Below, in pieces: positions 36,731-50,339 of a DNA stretch of 64,000 nt. A model generated the notes under the pieces. The model saw only the letters and a program-made list of their open reading frames with translations, had not been told where the DNA came from and did no database searches. Every line of letters starts with the position of its first letter. Position 1 is the stretch's first letter. Source of the stretch: Phoronis australis (Eukaryota > Animalia > Phoronida). The stretch covers positions 70,048 to 134,047 of the forward strand of contig NMRA01000764.1 in the NCBI GenBank assembly GCA_002633005.1. The letters run 5' to 3'. The position numbers and the translations under genes were made by a program.

Positions 36731-38422
36731 CAGGAATATACCCAGGTTTCAAAACCCTACTCGCCAACTGGGCGAGTGAGCCAGAAAATCTACTCGCCCA
36801 GCCCGAAGTTCAGTCGCCCAACCGATTGCGTTTGTTCTCACATACTTGCTGCCAGTGTAAAAAAATCGTTTTGTTTGTTGATGTCACCATTTATTAGAGC
36901 TACCATTTTCGCCCTAATAAGCGCCCACGGTGCTTAGAAAAATTCGTTTCGGAAGGGGAGGGCGCTTGTTGTAGCCTAAGGCGGTTGAAACTCAGTCTCC
37001 AAAACGGGTGAAATCGGAAGCCAGGATTCATCAAGTTTACGTGCTGAGACGTATCTGTAACCTATGACAGACTTTCTACAAAACTGTGGTGATTGTTATC
37101 AAACTTTGTTGTTAAATTAAGATCTTTAAAAAAAAATGTGATGAAATCCTAGCGCAAAAACTTGGTGACTGATGCGTCACTGCCTTGCGATCGTCGATAG
37201 GGCAACTTGAATTCTTGAGTAAAAATACAGTTTCAACTCATCAAATTACCTGAAATCCTCCTTACGTTTTCCAAATAGCGTCCCTAAGATTTTAAGTTCT
37301 TGTGGAGTCGGAATTAACTGCAGATTAATTCCAAATCTGTGCTAGATCGCACCTCGCAACACGTTGAGAAAAATTCCAGACGAACACACATGTTGATGTC
37401 ACGTGACATTTGTTTTGAAGTTTGTTTGCATGTGTGCGCCGAGTGAGCGAGTTCATTTGCCAGAGTAGCTGGCCCACATATATAAGCCCTAGCGCGTGCT
37501 TCGTGGCCACGTGCTCATTAATACTGGTCAAGTTTTGAGTCGCGGTTTTTATTGTTTACTAAGTAATCTGGATTCCTGTTGAGGGAGAAGATCTGCATAG
37601 GACTGATGCAATACAATCCCACTGACCTGTACGCTGCGTCTGTTCTGAAAGGCCTGACCGTAGCGGGACTCGTTCCTCGCAAGAGCAGTACTGCGGAAGT
37701 TTGAAGTGTACAGCCATGGCTAAATATCATCATGGCGGCGAGGCTCGTGGTCTAGAAAATTCCGCGCAAAATGATTTTTCAGGACTGTCGGATATTATTG
37801 ATAAATTGAAAACATTACTGTAGAATTTTAGAACTGTAGGTAAGGCATTTTTCGCATATTATGTACACGTTCATGGACTGGGCGCTTATTTTAGCCAAGT
37901 CTAAAAACGAGTGGGGGGCGCTTACAGGGACATGGGCACTTATTAGGACGAATGTTATTATTTATAAATTAATTGTGGCTAAAATGCATAGTGCATTACA
38001 ATAAAAAATCAGTTCCAAGAAATGGTATTTCTCTTGCTTTGAGCACATGGACCAGTCTTCTGCCTTTCCCCCCTTTTTTTCCTTTTGGGCTAGTCCGCAA
38101 ATTTCTTTGTGGAGGATCACACACTGTGATCTTTTGTCGACGAATGGGGTAAAGGGTGACATCTACTGAATCATTAGGATTGCACTGCGCTGATGTTTTT
38201 TACTGACAGAGCATCGACATACTGACCAAACTGAACCTTAAATTCATGATAAAAACAGCACAAGGAGGAGAAAATTTATTCATGTTAATCTGGGAAACGA
38301 TATATTGTTTTTGCGCTCTGAAAATTCGCTCGCCATCTTGGCGACCGGCAAGTCAACTTCTACTCTCCCAGCACCATTTTTACTCGCATTGGCGACTGGG
38401 CGAGGTGTTAAGTATATCTCTG
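36731..38422. mobile_element. Non-autonomous DNA transposon (hAT- or P-like)
   Basis: caggaatatac / gtatatctctg termini, tttaaca on both flanks, subterminal actcgcc/ggcga repeats. Confidence 0.7.
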
Positions 38423-38928
38423 TTTAACATAGGAGTCTTAGAGCTTTCAAAATTGAGCGCTGATGTTTTGAGTTGCATAATCAAAGGAGCACTAGTCATG
38501 GCTTCTATACCCTGTCACGTTGATAATGAGATGCATTGTCTTGGAGTCTGACCAAAGTCCAAGACCATGGAATATTTTGCAGCAACAGAGCCTCGGGAAA
38601 AGTTTTGTTCAGAGACCAATTGGCTTTCAACCATGAAATAGGTTGCACAAAATAAAGGGTGACTGTGTTTGCCTCATACAATTATAGGGTAGCACCTTAG
38701 ATCTAATGTGTGTTTGCCTCATGCAGTTATTGGGTAGCACCGCAGTTCTGATGCGTCTTGTCCTCATACAATTATTGGGTAGCACCTTAATTCTAATGCT
38801 TACTTATTATAAGTTCACAATGTTTGGTCTGCTGTCAAAAGTTTTGATTGTGTTTTTATTACTGTCAGTTTTGTTATAACCCTCACAACGTCATGCCACT
38901 GTTCATGCTATGCTCTGTTGTCTTGTAG

Positions 38929-39051
38929 TGTCCACCTCCCCCTGGTGCTCAGGAAGGTGTGCCTATTATTGTGGAGGACACAAATGACGATCTGTCCGAC
39001 AGAGATGGCATGTATAAGAAACTTGAAGACACTCTTAAACGGCAAATAGTG
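38929..39051 (+). CDS. CC2D1: CC2D1 exon 13 (CPPPPG...MYKKLEDTLKRQIV)
   Basis: Matches the family Y..L...L..Q helix; ttgtag and gtgtgt. Confidence 0.88.
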
Positions 39052-39472
39052 GTGTGTACTCCGGCAATGAAGGAGGCTATGTGACGGGCTTAATGAAGGA
39101 GGCTATGTCACGGGCATAATGAAGGAGGCTATGTGACGGGCTTAATGAAATTATTGTTAAGTTGTATAAGAAGCAAGAACACCAAGCTTTGTTCTAAAGA
39201 GCTGAATGACGTGGTTTTTTATTGTACAATTAATTTTAAAATGACGCAAAATAGACTTTGGGGAGAACAGTTTAATGTGTACTGCAGCAATATGACAGTA
39301 TGGACACACAGTACACTTTGGAGAAACTGTTGCATTCTTCTTGATCTTTGTGATGTTTTTTTCAATTTGGTCAACGATGTTTATGCTGTGCAAGGCTTTG
39401 CAAGTTACACTTGACAAAAGTAAGCATAAAAAGGTTAGCATTCTGATACTCTATGGCTATTTCTGTTTTCAG

Positions 39473-39531
39473 ACGTGTAAAACCAACTCCAAACATTTTG
39501 TTCAATTGGGAGATGTTGCCTCGTCTACCAA
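39473..39531 (+). CDS. CC2D1: CC2D1 exon 14 (TCKTNSKHFVQLGDVASSTK)
   Basis: Conserved HF..LGDV; ttttcag and gtaagt. Confidence 0.92.
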
Positions 39532-39539
39532 GTAAGTAC

Positions 39540-39720
39540 AGCACAGTGTGTTATACTGGTGTATGACTGTGTCTGACTCTGTATTGGTGAAGAACTGTGT
39601 GCTATACTCTGGTGTGTGACTGTGACTGACTGTATTGGTGAAGAACTGTTTGTTATACTCTGGTGTATGACTTTGACTCTGTATTGGTGAAGAACTGTGT
39701 GTTTGACTGTGTTTAACTGT
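39540..39720. repeat. ~53-bp tandem repeat
   Basis: gtgttatactctggtgtatgact...gactctgtattggtgaagaact about 3 times; related degenerate copies resume near 43620. Confidence 0.8.
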
Positions 39721-40122
39721 GACCACGATAAAGGCCGTATTCAACGGTATAAGCCGTATTTCACGGTTGGTGAGCAGTCTCCTTGTCGAGTAAATTCGCG
39801 TGTGCAACGCCAGATTCGATTAAGTTTGTTCATTTGAGTTAATACCCAAATCATCAATCCAGGGCTTCGTTCCTGAAAAAGCAGTTTTGCTCTAAAAACA
39901 GTTTTAATGTTCTGACGCAAAGTGATCAGGCGGCTATTTTTGGGCCTTGTTGAAGTTTCAATCTGCGTCATCATCAATGTGTCAAGCTAGAGTCACCGGC
40001 AAAATCAGCCAAAAATGTAACTCAAATCCAAAGAAAATGTTTCGTTATGGATGCAAACTGTAAATCTACACTGAGAGCTATTAGGTCTTTACAGGGAATT
40101 AAGACCTAATAATGAGTATGTG

Positions 40123-43050
40123 TTTTTATGCGCCCACATATTTACATGTGGACGCATCATGCCGTCATCTCCATCCATCTGCTGCTCTATCTTCAAAACC
40201 CTTTGACATGTTCTCGTGAAATTTTGCGCATATGTTCCCTTTGTCAATGGGATGGCATGAGCCAACTTTCGGATGGATCCCAGAATCGGTGTGCCCCCTA
40301 GTGCCAACTTTAGCTTTTTACGCTTACCCGTGTATCTTCAAAGGTTCGGAACATATTTTCATAAAATTTGGCGTATAGGTATCTATTGGTGAGATGACAC
40401 AATCGTCCTGAACTCAACGTAGTTTGCACCACCTAGTGGCCATTTTTACTGTTTTTGAGCCTGTTTCTTGGCATCCACCCCTCTATCAACCAAATTGCTC
40501 TAAGGATGATTGTGAAAATTGGCATGTAGGTTCTTACTATGAAGAGTACTACTCGTGATGACTTTGACTACTATTGCGCCTCCTACTGGCAGTTTTGTTG
40601 TTTTTGCGCTCATGGCTGTATCTTCTAAACGGTTTGCAGCATCTTTATTAAATTTAGCAAGTGTATTTATATGATATTGGCAATGGGAGACGATGACTTT
40701 CAGATGTATCAGACTACTGGTGTGTCCCCTAGTAGCAATTGTATTTTTTACATTTACCTCTGTATCTTCAAAGGTCCTTTAGTTAGCCCGTTATCATAAA
40801 ATTTGGAATATAGGCATCTATTAGTGAGATGACGCTATCCTCCCGTTTTCAGATGGAATTGAGGTATTTTGCGTCACCTAGTGGCCATTTTTGCTGTTTT
40901 TGAGTCCACCCTCTATCAACCAAACCATTCTAAGGATGATTTTGAAAATTGGCATATATGTTCTCAGTGTGAAGGGGACGGTTGACGATGACGATGACGA
41001 TTTTGACTACTGTGGTGCCTCCTAGTGGTAGTTGTGTTTTGCGCCCGTAGCTGTATCTCTGAAACCCATTGCAGGATTTTTATTAAATTTTAGTAAGTGT
41101 ATTTATATGAAGCTAACAAGAGACGACGACTTTTAGGCGAATCCAACGAACGCTGTGCCCCCTCATGGCAATTTCATTTTGTATGCACCCACATATTTAT
41201 ATGTGGACGCATTATGCTGTCATCTCCGGAGTCCGGCTGCTCTATCTCCAAAACCCTTTGATGTACGTTCATGAAATTTTGCACATATGTTCCTATTATA
41301 GATGGGATGGCACTTTCAGACAGACCCGATTACCGGTGTGCCCCCTAGTGGCAATTTTAATCTTTTAAGCTTACCTCTGTATCTTCAAAGATCCTCAACA
41401 TATTTTGATGAAATTTGGCATATTGGCATCTGTTAGTGAGATGACACCATCCTCTCGTTTTCGGATGGATTGGACCTAGTTTGCGCCACCTAGTGGCCAT
41501 TTTTGCTGTTTTCGAGTCTGTTTTTTGACTTCTACCCCTCTATCAACCAAACCGCTCTAAGCATGATTGTGGAAATTGGCATGTATATTTTTATTATGAA
41601 GAGGACGGCTGACAATGATTTTCCGACAATTTTGGTAACTGTGGTGCCTCCTAGTGGCAATTTTGTCTCTTTTTGCGCCCATGGCTGTATCTCCTAAACC
41701 GTTGGTAGGATCTTTACTAAATTCTGGAAGTGTCTTTATATGATGTTGACAATAGATGACGACGACTTTCGGACAGATCTGAGTACTGGTGTGCCACCTA
41801 GTGGCAATTTAATTTTTTTACGTTTACCTCTGTATCTTCAAGGTATTTTCATAAAATTTGGAATATAGGCACCTATTAGTAAGATGACGCTGTCCTACTG
41901 TTTTCAGATGGATTTGACGTAGTTTGCACCACCTAGTGGCCATTTTTGCTGTTTTCGAGTCTGTTTTTTGGCGTCCACCCCTCTATCAACCAAGCCACTA
42001 TAAGGATGATTGTGGAATTTGGCATGTATGTTTTTATTAAGAAGAGGACGGTTGACGATGATTTTCCGATGATTTTGACTGCTGTGGCGCCTTCTAGTGG
42101 CAGTTTTGTCTCTTTTTGTGCCCATGGCTGTATCTCCTAAACCGTTGGCGGGATCTTTACTAAATTCTGCTTGTGTATTTGATGTTGACAATGGATGACG
42201 ACAACTTTCGGATGGATCTGACTATCGGTGTGCCCCTTAGTGGCAATTTAAATTTTTTTAGGTTTACCTCTGTATCTTCAAAGGTTCTCAACGTATTTTC
42301 ATAAAATTTGACACCTATTAGTGAGATGAATCCATTTTCGGATGGATGTGACGTAGTTTGGCGTCCACCTCACTATCAACCAAACTGCACTAAGGATGAC
42401 TATGAAGCTGATGATGATTTTCCAATGACTTCGATTACTGTGGCGCCTCCTAGTAGCAGTTTTTTTTTTTGTGCCCATGGCTGTATCTCCTAAATGGTTT
42501 GCAGCATCTTTGCTAAGTTTAGCAAGACTTAGTGTGTTTATATGATGATGACAACAACTTTCGGACGAATCTGACTACCAGTGTTCCCCTAGTGGCAGTT
42601 TTCATTTTTTAGGCTTACCTCTGTATCTTCAAAGGTGCTCGATGGATGATCAGAAAGTTTGGAATATAGCCATTATTGGTGAGATGATGCTATCCGCCTG
42701 CTTTCGGGTGGAATCAAGGTACTTTGCGTCACCTAGTGGCCATTTTTCCTGTTTTCAAGTCCAACCCTAGAAGCACTCCGTTTGCGGTGCATTCGTGGGC
42801 GTATTTCAACACTCCGCGTTGCTCTTGTTTTCATTGTCTTTAGTTTCTCTGAAGTTATTTCACAGATTTTTATGAAATGTGGTATTGAAATAGCTTTCTT
42901 TTATAGAAGCGGTGGCATGTTCCCGTTTTCGGATGGATTGTATGTTTTTACGCCACCTAGTGGCCATGTTTATGATACAAAGAAACAATCCTACAAGCAC
43001 CGCATTTGTGGTGCATTCTTGGGTGCATTTTGACATTCTGCGTTGTTCTA
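40123..43050 (+). mobile_element. Two nested Helentron/HINE-like elements with CCTAGTGG repeat arrays
   Basis: 5' ends ttttatgcgcccacatatt at about 40123 and 41179; 3' hairpin plus gggcgcat plus gttgctcttgtt ends at about 42830 and 43050. Confidence 0.82.
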
Positions 43051-43980
43051 ACCTGTTACTGAGATAGCAGCGTTCAATGTACTCTCCGTTGCTGCTGGCT
43101 GTAGGTTAAAACCTGCTTGTTGCAATACAGTCCTTACCTCAAGTTCAGCAAATCAGCAGAGTTTCCACCATTATTTTCCAATGCTGTGATCAACACAGGG
43201 AAGTGTTTCTATTACTATTTACAGTCAAGAAACTAATACACGAAAATAGACCAATAAAACTAAGAAATTCTTTGACGCTTAAATGACACACTGCTGCAGA
43301 CAACTGGTTTCAGGGATTGTTTCAAATTCCCAGATGGATTTTTCTAAGTTCCTGACAAACCTGTGATATTATTGAATGGTCAAGTGCTTTAACTTGTATA
43401 TTTCGCAAACAAAAAATTCTGATCAATTTATTATGAAATAAAACTTTCACAGATTGTCTTGTCACTTAACCAGCTTGGCAACAACAAGCCAGATCACATG
43501 GCAACAAGGTATTGCCGCGATGATGCAAATAAGTCTATATAACATGGGGTAAATAGGATGAAATGAATTGGAGATAGGCAATCACAGTAGTATTCCTATG
43601 TATGTGGGATAACCTATATTTATACTGGTGTATGACTGTTGCTGACTGTATTCAATTTGGTGAAGTCCAAAGTGTTACACTGGTTGATGTATGGCTGGTT
43701 CTTGTATCTGTTGGACCAATGTATTGGTCCGATTCTGTTTTGATGGCCGTAAATGAGTTGTACCTGTTGCTGTTGGACCAATGACAATGTATTGGTGTGA
43801 ATCTGTATTGGTGGTTATTAATGAGTTGTTGTCGCTGTTGGACCAATGTATTGGTCTGATTCTGTATTGCAGTGTATAGCTGTCAAAATGTACATAGTAA
43901 GTTCATACTTTCTGATATTTCTGTTCATTTTGTTCTTACATGTTGCAGCAATACACCAGTTTTGATTATCCTCGCTTCAG

Positions 43981-44097
43981 GTTTGAAAAAATGGCAGACA
44001 ACTGTCGGAAGGATTTAGATGCTCTTGCGAATGCTTACAAACACGGAGACCCTGTGCCACGGTTCCATTATGAGATGAGGTCCTTTACTATACTACA
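43981..44097 (+). CDS. CC2D1: CC2D1 exon 15 (FEKMADNCRKDLDALANAYKHGDPVPRFHYEMRSFTIL)
   Basis: Conserved pre-C2 helix and P.FHYE.R.F motif; phase 2-2. Confidence 0.96.
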
Positions 44098-45132
44098 GTA
44101 AGTGGAGTAGACTCATGTTGACATGGCAATGTGTTCCAGTCATAGATATGCCATGTTGTTGTTTGATGCCACTTTACTTAAAGTTTGTAATTGACATATT
44201 GTGCTTCTGCTACTTATGTTACATGAAAGGTAAAACTTTTGTTTTTAAATCTTGAACATATGACATTGTGTAGTTTAATTTCAGTATGACTTCCTAAAAT
44301 TTCTTCGAGTTAGTAAGTAAATATAACATCATGTCTAATTATTATCCAAGTGCCGTCCATGAGTGCACCAGATTCTCATGCTTGTTCTTATAAGAATGCT
44401 GTAATATCTGGAGATGGTCATAGAAATGATTGACTGAAATGCCTTGCCCATGTAGTGGCTAGAAGTTGGTGTGAAGTAGACCAAGACATTTAAGAGGCAT
44501 TTCTAGAGAAAATATACGATAAGGTTGGTGGATCGACTTTCATCTCTGAAAACAACAGTGTAGGTGGCAGTATTATTGAGTTAAGAATGGCTATATGCTC
44601 ATTTTACCCCAAAACTGCTTGCTTGGTGTTAGTGGTCAATTCTGTACTGCTAGGTTCCAGTAAGCAAAAGAAAATTTTGACTTAAATATTGGGGATATCC
44701 TCGTGGTTTCAAAGTCTCTCAATTAAACTGACTGTTATAGTACTAAATTGATGAAAAATATGCTTCAATAGAAATTGGGTGAAAGCTTAATTTTGTAAGC
44801 TTCCAAGAATTGAAAGGATAGTGGATTATCTCAGTTTATTCAGGAATTGATTTGAATTTTATTTTTGTTTTGGAAATTTCATTGCCTCGATCAAGAGGAG
44901 AAAGTCTGTGATTTATTTGATATCAGCTTGAGGGAGGTCACACACAAACTTTGTGATTTGACGCAATTGAAACTCAGAGGTTGGACTTGGAAAAGATTTG
45001 ATTGTCAAATTTTATGAATGTTTCTTGTTCTAATGAGGCATGATGAGACTCAAGTGCCTGTGCTTCATCCTGCAGTGAAATACACAATTCCTGGAACTCC
45101 AACCCTCTGCTCATAATTCTCTTTTCCTCTAG

Positions 45133-45262
45133 ATCCAACCCTGAACTTGGTGACTCTGACCTGTTGCTGACCGTAGTGAGAGGTGTACAGTTTGCACTGC
45201 CATCTGGTTACCAGGCACATGAACTAGATACATACGTCAGATGTGAGCTGCCATATCCCAAT
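45133..45262 (+). CDS. CC2D1: CC2D1 exon 16 (start of C2 domain)
   Basis: NPELGDSDLLLTVVRG...LDTYVRCELPYPN; ctctag and gtaagt. Confidence 0.95.
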
Positions 45263-46392
45263 GTAAGTCACGTGTTGAAGAATTCATTCTCTCTCAGACC
45301 TCGTCTGTATTGTTCATAGACAAGTCACCTGGTGTGTCACCTGTTATACTATTCATGATTTCCCAGATCTTGGCCTTATTGTTCATAGACGCGTCACCTG
45401 GGTGCAAGTCATGTGTTGGACTATTCCTTATTTCCCAGATCTCAGGTATATTGTTCATAGACGTGTCACCTGGTGTAAGGAGGAAGACTTAATCAGGAAG
45501 GGGCAACTGTTGGTGCATGCTTACATAATTATTTTCACCTGTTTTAGTCATCAGCAATCCATGCATTGTGAGTTGATTTTGAAGTGTTTTTACTTACAAG
45601 AAATTCAAGTACATGTATCTCAAGAAGTCAAAAATTTATACTAGGCCTGAGATATATTAATTTTGATTAAAGGTGTGTTGATTGGAAGAATCCTGGTCAG
45701 GGGTGACTGTGATTGAAAAGTTGCTAAACAATCTCTCTCTTGGATGCTGTCAAAGGGGGAGGGCAGAGACAGTCATAAAAACGTGTCCACGTTGCACTTT
45801 AAAACAGCATGCTGGTTACGTTTTGGTCATGACCTATAAAGTAGTGTCGCGAGCTCCCTGTCCTCCCCCCATGGTGATGTTACTGTATGATACATAATAG
45901 ACTTAAAACAGTTTAAAACATGCATTCTATGACAGAAACCAACTTTTGATGTAGCCCACTTAATCTCAAATTTTTCCTTTATCAAAATAGGTGGCTTAGA
46001 AGGAACTTGTCTAGCAGTTCATTTTTGCTTGAGATTTGGCTTGTCACGGCCAGCGGGGTCTTGAGCTATGACCTGCTGTCAGTTTACAGGACCAAAATAC
46101 AAGTCGGCTTATCACGGCCAGCATGGTCTCAAGCTATGGCCTACTGTCAGTTTACAGGACAAAAATCAAATGTTTGTTTAAAATGTTAAATATTTATTGA
46201 TAACATTACTTGGATTTATAACGTATTTATATCTTATATGTCAATTGTCATTTTGTGTTTGATTTTACTTTATTTCTGTTTTTGTTGATAAAGGAAGTTG
46301 TTACATCCGAAAATTTCAAATTTCAGTTGATCCATTCTTGTTGTTTTATTTACCGATTTATATTTTGGATTTATAATGTACTGTTTGTGCAG

Positions 46393-46544
46393 GAAACACC
46401 ACAGGTTCATGATACTGAGACTGTTAAACACACCAATAGTCCTGAATACACTGAATCATTCCGAATGGAAATAAATAGAAAAGCTAGAACTTTTGCACGA
46501 GTGGTAAAGAGCAAGTCACTTAAAGCTGAAGTTTACTACAAAAG
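46393..46544 (+). CDS. CC2D1: CC2D1 exon 17 (C2 domain)
   Basis: TVKHTNSPEYTESFRMEINRKARTFARVVKSKSLKAEVYYK; gtgcag and gtaagt. Confidence 0.96.
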
Positions 46545-47436
46545 GTAAGTGCATTATGACGTACAATGTTCTCAGCTGTCTTAAGTCTCGTTCAACATTG
46601 CTTTTCTGATGAACCATATTACGTTGTGCATAGTATACCGTCAGAGAGTTTTCAGTAAGGTCACCCCGGATTACACAGCGACACCCGAATCTCACTGTAT
46701 GTACCCACAATGCCATAAACATTCGTCAGGCACATTTGCTGCCCCGTTTTCATGCCACTGGAGTTTCCTGGTTTTTAACAAGTTTTTCTCGGTTGCATTA
46801 CTCTTTTCGTCCTTTCATTGCCAATGAAGTTGTATTGCTGTACTGTGGCTGCAACTCCTATGTGAGAATGTTTAATGAACTGGACAAATACCCTTGGATT
46901 TGTGATCTGAAATTCATTGCCTTCCTGACATCAGTGAGAGAAATGAAAATGTGCCTGATTTTCAAAACTAGGTCAAGCTCTTTCTTATCTCCTGGACAAA
47001 GGAGAGTTCTATGGCCATGTAATCCAGTACCGCCATATTGATAAATTGTACCAAGCATGTTTAGTTGTGCCACCTGCCAAAAGTGAAATGAGTTGCAGTT
47101 GATGGTGAAAGGCTGAACAGAACTGTGGTTAAAATGAAAGAAATACAGCTGGTAAAAGAGAATTGTTTTCATGAAAATGAACATTATGTTTATTAGTAAA
47201 TTGTCCAAGTAATCCGAGTGTCCAAGGTTGTTTGCCGAGAATAAAAGCTCATAAAATCTGGTAAAATTCTGCTGCCTTTCATTTTGCGAGCTATTTGTAT
47301 TGATTCGTAAAACAGTTACGGAAAATACAACTTTTTTACTAGCAACCGCTGCACAGTTTGAATGTTTTGATAATGTTCACCAATCTCTACATCTAATGGA
47401 AGTGTATTGAAGAATACAGCTTCTTTTTCGTTTTAG

Positions 47437-47527
47437 GGGATTTTTAAAAAGTGATAAATTACTCGGCACTGTCCAAATGAAGTTAGAAGGATTGGAGAAA
47501 AGATGTACGCTTCATGAAAGTTTAGAT
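47437..47527 (+). CDS. CC2D1: CC2D1 exon 18 (C2 domain)
   Basis: GFLKSDKLLGTVQMKLEGLEKRCTLHESLD; ttttag and gtgagt. Confidence 0.95.
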
Positions 47528-47577
47528 GTGAGTATTTTTTGATTAAAAGGTTACACAATCATGGCAAAATAACAAAA

Positions 47578-48103
47578 ATGTGATGAGACGGGCAGTTGCT
47601 TTGAAAACAGAGTGCAACATTGCATGACTAATGTGATGAGACTGGGCAGTTGCTCAGAAAATGGAGCTCAGCACTGCAGGGCTAATGTGATGAGAGTGGG
47701 GTGCTGCTCAGAAAACACAGAGCAGCACTGCAGGGCTAATGTGATGAGAGTGCGGTGCTGCTCAGAAAACACAGAGCAGCACTGCAGGGCTAATATGATA
47801 TATGTCTGACTCATGGCATAGGGCCTTGCAGTTGTCTGTGAACACCAGCAGAGGGCTACAAAGTTTTTGTGGAAACCAGTCACATTTTAATTATCAAGTT
47901 GACATACACAGTATGTGGGAGAATGACAGCACTGTCAAGTAGACATACACAGTGTACAGGAGAATACAACACTGTACACATAATCAAGTAGACATACACA
48001 GTGTACAGGAGAATACAACACTGTACACATAATCAAGTAGACATACACAGTGTACAGGAGAATACAACACTGTACACATAATCAAGTAGACATACACAGT
48101 GTA
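47578..48103. repeat. Two adjacent minisatellites (54 bp and 49 bp)
   Basis: gagcagcactgcagggctaatgtgatgaga units, then caagtagacatacacagtgtacaggagaatacaacactgtacacataat units running into the gap. Confidence 0.88.
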
Positions 48104-48973
48104 NNNNNNNNNNNNNNNNNNNNNNNNNNNNNNNNNNNNNNNNNNNNNNNNNNNNNNNNNNNNNNNNNNNNNNNNNNNNNNNNNNNNNNNNNNNNNNNNN
48201 NNNNNNNNNNNNNNNNNNNNNNNNNNNNNNNNNNNNNNNNNNNNNNNNNNNNNNNNNNNNNNNNNNNNNNNNNNNNNNNNNNNNNNNNNNNNNNNNNNNN
48301 NNNNNNNNNNNNNNNNNNNNNNNNNNNNNNNNNNNNNNNNNNNNNNNNNNNNNNNNNNNNNNNNNNNNNNNNNNNNNNNNNNNNNNNNNNNNNNNNNNNN
48401 NNNNNNNNNNNNNNNNNNNNNNNNNNNNNNNNNNNNNNNNNNNNNNNNNNNNNNNNNNNNNNNNNNNNNNNNNNNNNNNNNNNNNNNNNNNNNNNNNNNN
48501 NNNNNNNNNNNNNNNNNNNNNNNNNNNNNNNNNNNNNNNNNNNNNNNNNNNNNNNNNNNNNNNNNNNNNNNNNNNNNNNNNNNNNNNNNNNNNNNNNNNN
48601 NNNNNNNNNNNNNNNNNNNNNNNNNNNNNNNNNNNNNNNNNNNNNNNNNNNNNNNNNNNNNNNNNNNNNNNNNNNNNNNNNNNNNNNNNNNNNNNNNNNN
48701 NNNNNNNNNNNNNNNNNNNNNNNNNNNNNNNNNNNNNNNNNNNNNNNNNNNNNNNNNNNNNNNNNNNNNNNNNNNNNNNNNNNNNNNNNNNNNNNNNNNN
48801 NNNNNNNNNNNNNNNNNNNNNNNNNNNNNNNNNNNNNNNNNNNNNNNNNNNNNNNNNNNNNNNNNNNNNNNNNNNNNNNNNNNNNNNNNNNNNNNNNNNN
48901 NNNNNNNNNNNNNNNNNNNNNNNNNNNNNNNNNNNNNNNNNNNNNNNNNNNNNNNNNNNNNNNNNNNNNNNNN

Positions 48974-49375
48974 CTGTACATAGGGATGGTAGTGCGGTCA
49001 CTGTACATAGGGATGGTAGTGCGGTCACTGTACATAGGGATGGTAGTGCGGTCACTGTACATAGGGATGGTAGTGCGGTCACTGTACATAGGGATGGTAG
49101 TGCGGTCACTGTACATAGGGATGGTAGTGCGGTCACTGTACATAGGGATGGTAGTGCGGTCACTGTACATAGGGATGGTAGTGCGGTCACTGTACATAGG
49201 GATGGTAGTGCGGTCACTGTACATAGGGATGGTAGTGCGGTCACTGTACATAGGGATGGTAGTGCGGTCACTGTACATAGGGATGGTAGTGCGGTCACTG
49301 TACATAGGGATGGTAGTTTGGTCACTGTACATAGGGATGGTAGTGTGGTCACTGTACATAGGGATGGTAGTGCGT
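48974..49375. repeat. 27-bp minisatellite
   Basis: ctgtacatagggatggtagtgcggtca repeated about 15 times, near perfect. Confidence 0.97.
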
Positions 49376-49700
49376 CTAAACAGATATACCTTGACACCAT
49401 GCTTGGCGCCTAAACAGATACACCTTGACACCATGCTCAGCACCCAAACAGATACACCTTGACAAGCTAAGTTGTACAGCCTGGTCTCCAGTCACAACAA
49501 ACCGTCACTGCCCTGGGGGCTAAGAAACAATTTGAGAGAAACTTCTTAGTGGCAAGTATTTAAAATCACCTCTTTGTTTTCAAAATCAAAGCTGGGCTTA
49601 TTGCTGTTTAGCAATGTGAAGTGTGAAAGTCACATGTATGTGAAGTGTGAAAGTCACATGTACTGGACTGCTTGAATAGAGCCTCCTGCCTACATTACAG

Positions 49701-49825
49701 CGTATATCCGCTCCATTGGCGCCTCCATTGCTCAGTACATTGATGAGGCCCACAAGTTACAGACAAGAGGACATACAGACAAGGCAAAGTTGTACATGCA
49801 AAAGAAGGAGCGAGTGGAAGCTGAG
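49701..49825 (+). CDS. CC2D1: CC2D1 late exon (YIRSIGASIAQYIDEAHKLQTRGHTDKAKLYMQKKERVEAE)
   Basis: ttacag and gtaata; resembles the CC2D1A C-terminal helix Y..EA..L...G....AK......VE.E. Confidence 0.82.
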
Positions 49826-50339
49826 GTAATAGAGATTTACTCATTCATGTTTTGAACATATTGTTTTGAAGACCTTTTAGATTATCATAGAAAAAACGTC
49901 TTAAGCTTCCTGTATAGTCGTTGGCGTCTTGTTCATTATTTTAAGTTATCACATTGTTTTACATTGCCAAAAATTGGACATTTGTTTACATACAGCATTC
50001 ATTCCAAGAATGACGTTTTACCTGACTGTCCACATCAGCGGACCGAACATTGCAAGTGGCCAGTACTTTTTCAGCTAGTTTTGCAGGACCCATGCGGGCT
50101 CGATTGCCACCCTTAATTTCCATTGTAGCCCTGCGAAGGTGCACTGAATTGGCCTCACCTCTGCATAAGGCTCACTGGGTTGGCCTCAGCCCCGTTAAAG
50201 ACTCGCTGAATTGGCCAGGGTGATCTCTCTACCCACACAATAAGCATATTAATAACCATCACCTCTGCCTGTCCAGGCCTCCATCATCCACAGATGTATT
50301 TCTTAATTCAATCACAGCATCTTCATGAGATATGCCTGG

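Larger units (their letters stand above)
19075..49825 (+). other. CC2D1: CC2D1/Lethal giant discs (Lgd/Freud) gene, visible coding span
   Basis: Spliced exons give four DM14 repeats, a helical region, a C2 domain and a CC2D1A-like C-terminal helix; phases are consistent through exon 18. Confidence 0.93.

Noticed and set aside
48033-49462. ORFs of 294-470 aa
   Set aside because: Made of N gap and 27-bp repeat translation
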